DNA from: Acidobacteriota bacterium
GTDB taxonomy: Bacteria; Acidobacteriota; Terriglobia; Acidiferrales; 2-02-FULL-67-57
NCBI GenBank assembly: GCA_016189965.1
Contig: JACPRL010000183.1
Span: forward strand, 1 to 38,821
Length of the DNA: 38,821 nt
Reading direction: 5' to 3'
Shown here one piece after another: positions 23,487-31,655 of the stretch (position 1 is the first letter of the stretch; every line of letters starts with the position of its first letter). The position numbers and the translations under genes are program-made. The notes under the pieces are model-generated. The model had not been told where the DNA came from. It was given only the letters and a program-made list of their open reading frames with translations, and did not search any database.

Positions 23487-23510
23487 GTGTATCTGTGTGC
23501 ATCTGTGGTT
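23487..23510 (+). repeat. CTGTG-family repeat copy (positions 7-30 of the 30-mer)
   Basis: gtgtatctgtgtgcatctgtggtt, 24/24 identical to the corresponding part of 9658..9687. Ends 15 nt before the coaX ATG. Confidence 0.85.
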
Positions 23511-23525
23511 TCATAAATAGCCTCT

Positions 23526-24365
23526 ATGCTGCTGGTCATCAACGTCAACAACACCAACACGCTGCTCGGGGTCTATGAAGGCGAGCGCCTGCGGGCTCAC
23601 TGGCGCCTGATGACCGTCCACCAGCAAACCGTGGACGGCTTCGGCATCCAGGCGCGCAACCTGCTCCAACTCGCCGGCCTCGACGCCGGCCGGATTGACG
23701 GCGTCATCGTCAGCTCCGTCGTCCCGCCGCTCGACCGCACGGTCGCCGAGATGGTGCGCCGCTACTTCAAGCTCGAGCCGCTCTTCGTCGGCCCGGGCAT
23801 CAAGACGGGCATCCGCATCCGCTACGACAACCCGCAGGAGGTCGGCGCCGACCGCATCGCCAACGCCGTGGCTGCTTTCGCCAAGTACGGCGGGCCGATT
23901 GTGGCGGTGGACTTCGGCACCGCCATCACCTTCGACGCCATCTCCGCCGAGGGCGACTACCTGGGCGGCATCATCTGCCCGGGCATTGGCATCGCCTCCG
24001 ACGCCCTCTTCGAGCGCACCGCGCGCCTGCCCCGCGTCTCCTTCGCCCGGCCGGAGAAGCTCATCGGCACCCACACCGTGGGCTCCATCCAGTCCGGCCT
24101 CCACTACGGCTTTCTCGCTCTGGTGGACGGCCTGCTCGACCGCCTGAAGGAAGAGATTGGCCCCAAGACCCGCGTCATCGCCACCGGCGGCGGCGCCGGC
24201 TTGCTCGCCGACGCTTCCCGCCACATCGAGCTGGTTGACGAATTCCTCACCCTCGACGGCCTCCGCCTCCTCTACGAACGCAACCTGCCTGCGAAGGAGA
24301 AGCGCGAACCGCCGCCCGCCAAGGCCGCCTCCGCTGCTCGCAAGAACCCAAAGCGCCGCCGCTGA
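23526..24365 (+). CDS. coaX: type III pantothenate kinase
   Basis: Contains LLVINVNNTNT, GADRIANAVAA and VDFGTAITFD motifs. Basic C-terminal tail. Confidence 0.93.
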   Translation: MLLVINVNNTNTLLGVYEGERLRAHWRLMTVHQQTVDGFGIQARNLLQLAGLDAGRIDGVIVSSVVPPLDRTVAEMVRRYFKLEPLFVGPGIKTGIRIRYDNPQEVGADRIANAVAAFAKYGGPIVAVDFGTAITFDAISAEGDYLGGIICPGIGIASDALFERTARLPRVSFARPEKLIGTHTVGSIQSGLHYGFLALVDGLLDRLKEEIGPKTRVIATGGGAGLLADASRHIELVDEFLTLDGLRLLYERNLPAKEKREPPPAKAASAARKNPKRRR

Positions 24366-24378
24366 TCCCCATCCCTCT

Positions 24379-24472
24379 GTCATTCCGCCTTTCTTTGTCA
24401 TTCTGAGCCCCGAAGCTTCGGGGCGAAGAATCCCATCGAGAAATCTGTGTGTATCTGTGTGCATCTGTGGTT
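24379..24472 (+). repeat. composite intergenic element: GTCATTCTGAGC hairpin module + CTGTG 30-mer
   Basis: gtcattctgagccccgaagcttcggggcgaagaatcc contains the 18-nt palindrome 24407..24424 with an extended stem. It is followed by the 30-mer at 24443..24472. Confidence 0.8.
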
Positions 24473-24509
24473 ACATATCTTCCTACTCGGCTGTGCGGGG
24501 GCAGTTCCC

Positions 24510-25247
24510 GTGGAGAACTACTTCAACTACTACACCGAAATCGAGGAGTACTTCTGGCAGAAGCGCGGCGCCAGCCTCCTGGTCTCCACGCTCGACTGGG
24601 CCGTCATCGAAAGCTGGCAGAAGGCCGGCGTCCCCCTCGAGGTCGTGCTGAAGGGCATTGACCGCGCCTTCGAGCACTACGACTCCGCGAAGCGCGGCCG
24701 CCCTATCAAGAGCCTGCTCTACTGCGTCGACGCGGTCGCCCAGGTCGCCGAGGAAGCCAAAGAAGCCGCCGCCGGCCGCGCCTCCGATGCGCCCGCCGCG
24801 CCCCGCCCGGCTCCCTTCGGTCCCGGCGAAATCGCCGCCTTCTTCCGCGCCAATGCGAGTGCTTTGCGCGAAACCGCCGGTCGCTCCGATGCGGGCTCGC
24901 TCGCCGCGCCCTTGCTCGAGATTGCCGACGCCCTGGAGGCGCTCGCCGGACAGCCGGCCACCGAAACCACCGCCAACCTCGAAGGCCTCGAGCGGCAGCT
25001 CAGCGTCTTCGAGGAAAAATTGCAGGCGGCGCTCACCCAGGCAGCGAGCACCGAGGAGCTGCTAGCGCTCCGCCGCGAGGTCGAGCGCGCCCTCGCTCCC
25101 TACCGCCGCCGGATGAAGGCCGAGCAGCTCGTCCTGATCGAAAAACAGTTCCTGCAAAAAAAACTTCTCGAGCGCTACCGCCTGCCGCGCCTGAGCCTGT
25201 TCTATCTCCCGGCCGCCGCCCTGCCCACCGCGGAGGAAGGAAGCTGA
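24510..25247 (+). CDS. conserved hypothetical protein
   Basis: ORF 24447..25247. The first 21 codons are repeat-encoded (MCICVHLW...), so the GTG at 24510 (VENYFNYYTEIEEYF...) is preferred. Ala/Glu-rich helical C-terminal half. The start is uncertain. Confidence 0.55.
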   Translation: MENYFNYYTEIEEYFWQKRGASLLVSTLDWAVIESWQKAGVPLEVVLKGIDRAFEHYDSAKRGRPIKSLLYCVDAVAQVAEEAKEAAAGRASDAPAAPRPAPFGPGEIAAFFRANASALRETAGRSDAGSLAAPLLEIADALEALAGQPATETTANLEGLERQLSVFEEKLQAALTQAASTEELLALRREVERALAPYRRRMKAEQLVLIEKQFLQKKLLERYRLPRLSLFYLPAAALPTAEEGS

Positions 25248-25250
25248 GCC

Positions 25251-26525
25251 GTGGACTCCTTCACCGTGCGCGTGGAAAAACTTGTCTACGGCGGCGAAGG
25301 CCTGGCCTACCACGGGGGCAAACCGGTCTTTGTCTCCTTCGTGCTGCCGGGCGAGGTCGTCGACGTCTTTCCGATCGAAGAGTCGCGCAAGTTCATCCGC
25401 GCCCTACCCGCCCAGGTGAAGGAAGCGGCCGGCGAGCGCATCGCTGCCGACTGCCCCTACTTCGGCCGTTGCGGCGGTTGCCACTATCAGCACCTCCCTT
25501 ACGAGCGACAGCTCGAAGTCAAGCGGGACATCCTGCACGAAACCCTGCGCCGCCTAGGCAAGATTGAACGGACGGAGGAAATCGCCCTCCACGCCTCGCC
25601 GCCGTGGCACTACCGCAACCGCGTCCAGTTGAAGCTGGCGCCACACCCGGTGGCGGCCGACCGGCTCCAGGTCGGCTTCCATCGCGCCGGCTCGCGCACC
25701 CTCTGCGGCATCGAGCAATGCCCCATCAGCTCGCCCAAGCTCAATCAGCTGATCTCCGTGTTGAACCGGTTGAGCGCGGAAGGCGCACTTCCGCTCAGCC
25801 TGCGCGCCGCCGAGGCTCTTGCCGACGACCGCGACCACACTCTCTGGCTCACACTCGCCGCGCCGCAACTGGACTTCGACCGCGCCGCCCTCGCCGAGCG
25901 CCTGCGCACCGAGCTCGACGGGCTCCTCTCCCTTCAATCCGTCGAAACGTCAACCGAACGCACCGAGACCGACGGCCTGGGCTGGATTTACTACCAGGTG
26001 GGAGCGGAGCGGCTGCGCGTCAGCCACGCCAGCTTCTTCCAGATCAACCGTCACCTGCTGCCGGTGCTGGTCGAGCGCGTGACGCAAAACTTGGAAGGCA
26101 AGGTGGCGCTCGACCTGTATGCCGGTGTGGGACTCTTTACGCGGGCGCTAGCGCGAAAGTTCGCCCGCGTCGTGGCGGTCGAAAGCAGCACAGCCGCAGC
26201 GGCCGACCTAGCTGCCAACGTCGCCGACCTGGCCGGCGTCGAGACGCGTGCGTCCAGCGTCCTCGACTTCCTCCGCCAGTCTCCCGAAAAGTCTGACCTC
26301 GCGCTGCTCGACCCGCCTCGCTGTGGCCTAGGCCGCGGCGTGGCTGAGGCGTTGAACGAGCTCGCGCCGCCGCGCCTCCTCTACCTCTCCTGCGACCCTT
26401 CCACGCTGGCGCGCGACCTCGCCCGCCTCGCGCCCCACTATCGCCTCGTCGGCCTAGAACTGTTCGACCTGTTCCCGCAGACTTTCCACATCGAAACTCT
26501 GGCTCGCCTCGACCGAGCCGCCTAG
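25251..26525 (+). CDS. rlmD: 23S rRNA (uracil-5-)-methyltransferase, RlmD/RumA family
   Basis: TRAM-like N-terminus, Fe-S cysteine cluster CPYFGRCGGCHYQH, and SAM MTase motifs LDLYAGVGLF and DPPRCGL. Confidence 0.88.
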   Translation: MDSFTVRVEKLVYGGEGLAYHGGKPVFVSFVLPGEVVDVFPIEESRKFIRALPAQVKEAAGERIAADCPYFGRCGGCHYQHLPYERQLEVKRDILHETLRRLGKIERTEEIALHASPPWHYRNRVQLKLAPHPVAADRLQVGFHRAGSRTLCGIEQCPISSPKLNQLISVLNRLSAEGALPLSLRAAEALADDRDHTLWLTLAAPQLDFDRAALAERLRTELDGLLSLQSVETSTERTETDGLGWIYYQVGAERLRVSHASFFQINRHLLPVLVERVTQNLEGKVALDLYAGVGLFTRALARKFARVVAVESSTAAAADLAANVADLAGVETRASSVLDFLRQSPEKSDLALLDPPRCGLGRGVAEALNELAPPRLLYLSCDPSTLARDLARLAPHYRLVGLELFDLFPQTFHIETLARLDRAA

Positions 26526-26633
26526 TGCCGTTCCATCTAGTTGGAGCCATTTCGGGTGAGCACAAATCTGCAGCATAGATGCATAATCTCGCCGACCAAA
26601 GTTAGCCGGAAAGAGTTGGAACGGTACTAGCCC

Positions 26634-29312
26634 ATGCGCTTTCCTGTGTTCTGGCTGGCCGCCGTGTTCGCAGCCGGGCTCGCCGCTTTTGCTGACGTGG
26701 ACGATCCCCCGCGTGTCCTGTTTGCGCTGGCGCTGGCGGCGCTGTTGCTGGGGACGCTTTGCCTGGGGCGTCGCTGGCTGACGACGGCGCTCGCCTGCGC
26801 GCTGGTCGGCTTTTTTCTTTTCGGCGGCGCCACCATCAGTCTGCGCGCGGCCTCGATCGCCGCCACCCGCGTCGACCGCGTCATTGCCCGCGAACCACTC
26901 GACCTGAGCGAAGCTGTCCGCCTGACCGGCTGGCTGCGCCGAAGCCCGGAGCAGAAACCGTTCGCCGTCTTCTACGACCTCGAACTCGAAAACCTCGAAA
27001 CCGGCGGCCAGCGCTATGACGCTTCCGGCGGCGTCCGCCTGAGTTACTTCCTTCCCTCCGACCGAGAAGAACCTCGCCCCTCCCTTCCTGCTTTGCGCTA
27101 CGGCGACCGCGTCGAAGTCCTCACTCGCGTCCATGCCCCCGTCAACCGGCAGAACCTCGGCAGCTTCGACTGGCGCGCGCACCTAGCCCGGCAGAGAATT
27201 TTTCTCGAAGGCTCGCTGAAAAGCCCCGAGCTGCTCACCAAACTTCCCGGGCCGCGCGGCAACCGCTTCTCCCGCTGGATTCAAACTCTCCGCACCCGCC
27301 TGCTGGCACAGCTCGACTCCCTGTTTCCGCCGGACACGCGAGGCGACGAGAACGCCGTCCTGCGGGCCATGCTGCTCGGCGACAGCGGCTTCCTCTCCCA
27401 TCGCCTGGCGGAGGATTTTCGCACCAGCGGCACCTACCACGTTCTGGTTGTCTCCGGGCTGCACGTCGGCGTCATCGCCGTGTTCGTCTTCTGGCTGCTG
27501 CGGCGCTTGCGCGCGTCCGAGGAGGTCGGCGCCGTCATTACCCTAGCGGCGCTGGTCTTCTACCTGTTCCTGGTCGAGGACCGGCCACCCATCGAGCGCG
27601 CCGTCTGGGCCGCGGGCGTCTACCTGACGGCGCGGCTGCTCTTCCGCCAGGTGCACCTCGGCAATACCACTGCGGTGGCGGCGCTGCTGGTGCTGTTCCT
27701 TCACCCGGAATGGATCCTCGACCCGAGCTTTCATCTCTCCTTCGCTGCAGTCTTCCTGATTGCTTTTCTCGCCCTGCCCTGGATCGAGCGCACCACGCAG
27801 CCCTACCGCGACTCGCTCTGGTTTCTCGACACTCCCGAGCGCGCCGAGCAACTGCGTGAGCCCCGCCTAGTGCAGTTCCGGCTCGACCTGCGCGCCCTGG
27901 CCGAGCTGCTGGCCCCCCTGGCCTTCTGGGCCGAAGAAAAAGAGCGCGCCGTGCTGCGCCTCCTCGCTTGGGTCGTCCGCGTCGGACTCCGCGCCCTGGA
28001 CTTCTTTCTGATTTCGCTGGCCATTCACCTCGGCTTCGTGCTGCTGACCGCTTTGTATTTTCAGCGCGTCGTCTGGCTGGGCCTGGCAGCGAACATCCTG
28101 GTGGTGCCCCTGGTGGGCTTCATCGTGCCGCTGGGCCTGGCCACGCTGCTTGTGGCTTTGCTGTGGTTGGCCGGCGGAATGCTGCTGGCTGAGCTAGTCC
28201 GCTTGCTGGTGGGTTTGCTTCTGGTGATTGTTGAGTCAGTGGCGGGACGTCTTACATGGGGGATTCCGCCCCCGCCGGCATGGCTGGTGGTGCTCTACCT
28301 CGGCGGGCTGGCGCTGCTAGCTGTGGCGGCGGTGCGCCAGCAGCGTCAACGCTGGGCGTTCGCGGGACTGGTGGCGTTGATTCTTGTCGTCGTTGCCCAT
28401 CCGTTTCCCCCGCGCCTGCCGGAGAACGTGCTCGAAGCCACCGTGCTCGACGTCGGCCAAGGCGACTCGGTATTCCTCACTTTTCCCAACGGAGAGACTT
28501 GGCTGGTGGACGGCGGCCGCGGCCCCGTGGAGATTGGGCGCGGCTATTGGGTTGGCGAGGATATCGGAAGAACGGTCGTCGTCCCCTATCTGCGCGCCCG
28601 GGGAATCAAGCGCCTCGACCGTGTCTGGCTCACCCATGCCCACCACGACCACATGGCCGGCCTCGGCGAAGTTCTCGACCAGTTTCCGGTGGGCAGCTTC
28701 GAGGTTGGCCCCGCGCCCGCCAGCTCCGCCTATGAGAAATTGCTCCAGCATGTCCGCGAGCGCGGCATTCGGCTCCGGCAACATAGAGCGGGAGAGCGTT
28801 TCACGCTGGCGGGCGTCGAGATCGAGATTCTCTGGCCGCCTCCGACCTATCAGCCGGGTCGCGCCCCCTCGAACAACGATTCGCTGGTGCTGCGGTTGTG
28901 TCGGGCAAATACCTGCGTGCTGCTACCCGGCGATATCGAAACAGACGTGGAGAAGACCCTTGCCATGCAGCAACCCGCCTTGCAGGCCGCCGCGCTCAAA
29001 GTGCCGCACCACGGCGGCCGCGGCGCTGCCACGACGGAGTTCCTAGCAGCAGTCGGGCCCCGCGCCGCCATAATTTCCGTCGGCGCCACCAATCCCTTCG
29101 GACACCCCTTTGAAGAGGTGACCGAGCGGCTGGCGGCGCAGGCCGAGCGGGTCTATCGCACCGACCGCGACGGCAGCGTCACGGTGCGCGTCGAAGAACA
29201 CGGGCTCGCGGCGGAGAGTTTTCGGGAGCAGCAGCGCAGCGAACTCTACCCGAGTCTCTGGGCCAAGCTGGGCGCTTGCGCCCGGCAGCTCCTCTTACTA
29301 GAATCCGACTGA
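26634..29312 (+). CDS. comEC: DNA internalization-related competence protein ComEC/Rec2
   Basis: 892 aa. Polytopic competence domain (GTYHVLVVSGLHVG) plus a C-terminal metallo-beta-lactamase domain (THAHHDHMAGL). Confidence 0.92.
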   Translation: MRFPVFWLAAVFAAGLAAFADVDDPPRVLFALALAALLLGTLCLGRRWLTTALACALVGFFLFGGATISLRAASIAATRVDRVIAREPLDLSEAVRLTGWLRRSPEQKPFAVFYDLELENLETGGQRYDASGGVRLSYFLPSDREEPRPSLPALRYGDRVEVLTRVHAPVNRQNLGSFDWRAHLARQRIFLEGSLKSPELLTKLPGPRGNRFSRWIQTLRTRLLAQLDSLFPPDTRGDENAVLRAMLLGDSGFLSHRLAEDFRTSGTYHVLVVSGLHVGVIAVFVFWLLRRLRASEEVGAVITLAALVFYLFLVEDRPPIERAVWAAGVYLTARLLFRQVHLGNTTAVAALLVLFLHPEWILDPSFHLSFAAVFLIAFLALPWIERTTQPYRDSLWFLDTPERAEQLREPRLVQFRLDLRALAELLAPLAFWAEEKERAVLRLLAWVVRVGLRALDFFLISLAIHLGFVLLTALYFQRVVWLGLAANILVVPLVGFIVPLGLATLLVALLWLAGGMLLAELVRLLVGLLLVIVESVAGRLTWGIPPPPAWLVVLYLGGLALLAVAAVRQQRQRWAFAGLVALILVVVAHPFPPRLPENVLEATVLDVGQGDSVFLTFPNGETWLVDGGRGPVEIGRGYWVGEDIGRTVVVPYLRARGIKRLDRVWLTHAHHDHMAGLGEVLDQFPVGSFEVGPAPASSAYEKLLQHVRERGIRLRQHRAGERFTLAGVEIEILWPPPTYQPGRAPSNNDSLVLRLCRANTCVLLPGDIETDVEKTLAMQQPALQAAALKVPHHGGRGAATTEFLAAVGPRAAIISVGATNPFGHPFEEVTERLAAQAERVYRTDRDGSVTVRVEEHGLAAESFREQQRSELYPSLWAKLGACARQLLLLESD

Positions 29313-29572
29313 TGGCGGACGAAACCCGGGAACCCAAGTTAGCGGAAGCCATCGCCGAAGAATCCCGCCGCGTGCGCCGCCTGCAGCTTGCGGTGCGCCT
29401 GGTGATGAACGTCATCAGCCAGGGCAACCTCTCCTTTGACGAAGCCTCCCAGATGGTCGCCGCCACCCGCCGCGTGGCTCTGGCGCTGTTTCCCGACAAG
29501 GAAGGCGTCTACGACCTGCTCTACCAGCCCCGCCTGCAGCGCTTGCTAGCGCAGAAGTACCGCCTGCAGTAG
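29312..29572 (+). CDS. hypothetical small protein
   Basis: The ATG at 29312 overlaps the comEC stop (TGATG). 86 aa, MADETREPKLAEAIAEESRR.... No motif recognised. Confidence 0.45.
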   Translation: MADETREPKLAEAIAEESRRVRRLQLAVRLVMNVISQGNLSFDEASQMVAATRRVALALFPDKEGVYDLLYQPRLQRLLAQKYRLQ

Positions 29573-29576
29573 TCCC

Positions 29577-30125
29577 TCAACCCCAGAGCAGTTTCGCCGC
29601 GAGCAGCCCGAGCAACACAGCGCACCCCACGGCCGCTCGCCATTCCCGGTTCTGGCGGTAGAGCGCGGCGTCGAAGCGGGCGCGCGTGTCTCCGCTCGCC
29701 GCCGGAGTGAGCCGGGGCCAGAACGCCGGCACTTGCGCGGCATAGCGGGCGTAGAGCTCCGGCGCCCGCGCGCGCCGCTCCTGCTCTTCGCGTTGCATCA
29801 CCGGAACGAAGAACAGCAGGAAGTAAACGACAATCAGGAGAGCCAGTTCGGCGCGGGCGGCTGCCAGCGCAAATCCTGCCAGGATGAAACTCGTTCCGAC
29901 GTAGAGCGGATGCCGGAGGTAGGCATAGGGGCCGGACACGGTCAGTGCCGACTCCCGCCGCAGATGGCCCGCCGCCCAGGCGCGCACCGCGAGTCCCACC
30001 AAAACCAGAGGGACGCCGGCGCTCAACAGCCGCGGTGTGGGCTGCGCGAACACCAACACCAGCGCCGCCAGCAGAAAGTGTAGCGGGACACGCGCCCCCG
30101 CGGCCCAGTCCGCGTAGCTACTCAT
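29577..30125 (-). CDS. isoprenylcysteine carboxyl methyltransferase (ICMT)/phospholipid methyltransferase family membrane protein
   Basis: 182 aa, polytopic, with an RHPLYVGT motif typical of the family. Overlaps the upstream GT9 gene by 8 nt. Confidence 0.75.
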   Translation of the reverse strand: MSSYADWAAGARVPLHFLLAALVLVFAQPTPRLLSAGVPLVLVGLAVRAWAAGHLRRESALTVSGPYAYLRHPLYVGTSFILAGFALAAARAELALLIVVYFLLFFVPVMQREEQERRARAPELYARYAAQVPAFWPRLTPAASGDTRARFDAALYRQNREWRAAVGCAVLLGLLAAKLLWG

Positions 30126-31155
30126 CGCTGCTCTTTACGGCGCGCTCTACCGCTGCCAGCACTTCCTCCACTGTGATGGCTAGCATAGCCGGCGACACTT
30201 TCTCTTCGTGCTTGTAGCTCGTGGGCCCGCGGTCGCGATGGTGGATGACCACTGCGCGCGAGCCGAAGGGTCCATTCCGCTTAGGGTCGGTCGGGCCATA
30301 GAGGCCCACCACGGGCGTTCCGACGGCGGCCGCGATGTGCAGCGGGCCGGTGTCCCCGCTGATGAGCACGCGGGCGCGCCGCACCAGGGCGACCAGTTGC
30401 CGAGGCGTCAGCGGGAAATGCACGGGGCGCGTGACGCGCGCCTGCGCCATGAATTCGCTCGCCAGGCGCTCTTCTCCCGGCCCGGCGTTCAGCACCGAGC
30501 GCCAGCCGCGCGTGCGCGCCAGGGCATTGTGCAGCGCTGCATAGCGCTCGATGGGCCAGCACTTCGAGCCCCAGCCCCCGCCAGGACTCAGGACGAAAAA
30601 ATGCCGCACCTGGTTTTGTTGGAGCTGCTCCTCCACGTAGGCTTCATCGTCAGGCTGCGTGGACAGAGGAAACCGCCACGCGGGCTCGGCGGCGCCCGCG
30701 GCTTTGACCAGGGAGAGGTTCATTTCGATGACGTGGACATTCTCCGGCGGCCGCACGGCCGTGGTGTAGAAGGCCGCGGCGCCAGATTCCTTGGCGGCGT
30801 TCATATCGAAGCCGATACGTTCGCGCGCGCCGCTAAGCCGCGCCAGCAGCGCCGATTTGTAAAGTCCCTGAAAGTCGATGGCGGTGTCGTAGCCCGCCTG
30901 GCGCAGCGTCCGGGCCAGCTCGCTGAAGCCTCGCCAGGTGCGCGCCCGCAGCAGTTCACGGCGCCAAGTGGTTGTGTCGGCCGGAATGATTCCCGAAATG
31001 TCGGGGTTCAGCTCGATCAGTTCGTGCCACCGGCGCTCGACCAGCCAATCAATGTGCGCGCGGGGAAAAGCCTCGCGGAGCGTCGCCACGCCCGGCAGGG
31101 TGTGGACGATGTCGCCCATCGACCCGAGGCGGACGACCAGGATCCGTTCCCTCAT
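30118..31155 (-). CDS. waaC: glycosyltransferase family 9 (LPS heptosyltransferase I-like)
   Basis: ILVVRLGSMGDIVHTLP N-terminus and GDTGPLHIAAAVGTPVVGLYGPTDP C-terminal motif. Confidence 0.8.
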   Translation of the reverse strand: MRERILVVRLGSMGDIVHTLPGVATLREAFPRAHIDWLVERRWHELIELNPDISGIIPADTTTWRRELLRARTWRGFSELARTLRQAGYDTAIDFQGLYKSALLARLSGARERIGFDMNAAKESGAAAFYTTAVRPPENVHVIEMNLSLVKAAGAAEPAWRFPLSTQPDDEAYVEEQLQQNQVRHFFVLSPGGGWGSKCWPIERYAALHNALARTRGWRSVLNAGPGEERLASEFMAQARVTRPVHFPLTPRQLVALVRRARVLISGDTGPLHIAAAVGTPVVGLYGPTDPKRNGPFGSRAVVIHHRDRGPTSYKHEEKVSPAMLAITVEEVLAAVERAVKSSDE

Positions 31156-31216
31156 CGGAGGAACCGTTGTCGTGTAGTGGCGAGCAGTTCGCGTGTGGTG
31201 GACGCGGCGGTGTGTC

Positions 31217-31603
31217 TCACTCGTAGAGTTTCTCGACGTGATCCACCCGGAACAGGCGGTTCACCCGCTGCACCAGCTCGGCCCGCCGGTCGTTCAGCTC
31301 CGGGATCAGTTTTGCCAACTCCGCCAGGCGGTCTCTTTCGCTGCGTGGGAGCCGCCGCACCTCGTCCTCCGCCCGCCAGAGTTTCCGGTTTACTTCTGCC
31401 AGCTCCTGGGTGGCCTTCGCATAACCGTCCCGGTCGGTATCGCCGCTCTTGCGCAGCCAATCGGCCAGCGCCGCTTCAATCAACTCCAACTCCTGTTGGA
31501 AATGGGCGACCTTCACGTTCCGCTGCCGGCCCGCTTCAATCTTCAGGTGCAGGATGGTCTTGCGGTCGACCAGCTCGCCGGGGCTCGGGTTCATCAGTCC
31601 CAC
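31217..31603 (-). CDS. small coiled-coil protein of unknown function between the two heptosyltransferase genes
   Basis: GTG at 31603 lies 7 nt after AAGGAGGAGG (alternative ATG at 31594). ...MNPSPGELVDRKTILHLKIEAG.... Helical. Confidence 0.55.
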   Translation of the reverse strand: MGLMNPSPGELVDRKTILHLKIEAGRQRNVKVAHFQQELELIEAALADWLRKSGDTDRDGYAKATQELAEVNRKLWRAEDEVRRLPRSERDRLAELAKLIPELNDRRAELVQRVNRLFRVDHVEKLYE

Positions 31604-31655
31604 CGCCCAACCTCCTCCTTCGTGCCAGGCTCGGGTGCTTGAACTCGGCTTGCGC

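Noticed and set aside
23255-23560. 101-aa minus-strand ORF spanning the island/coaX junction.
   Set aside because: It reads through the CTGTG repeat and the coaX start. It has no RBS and a non-protein-like composition.
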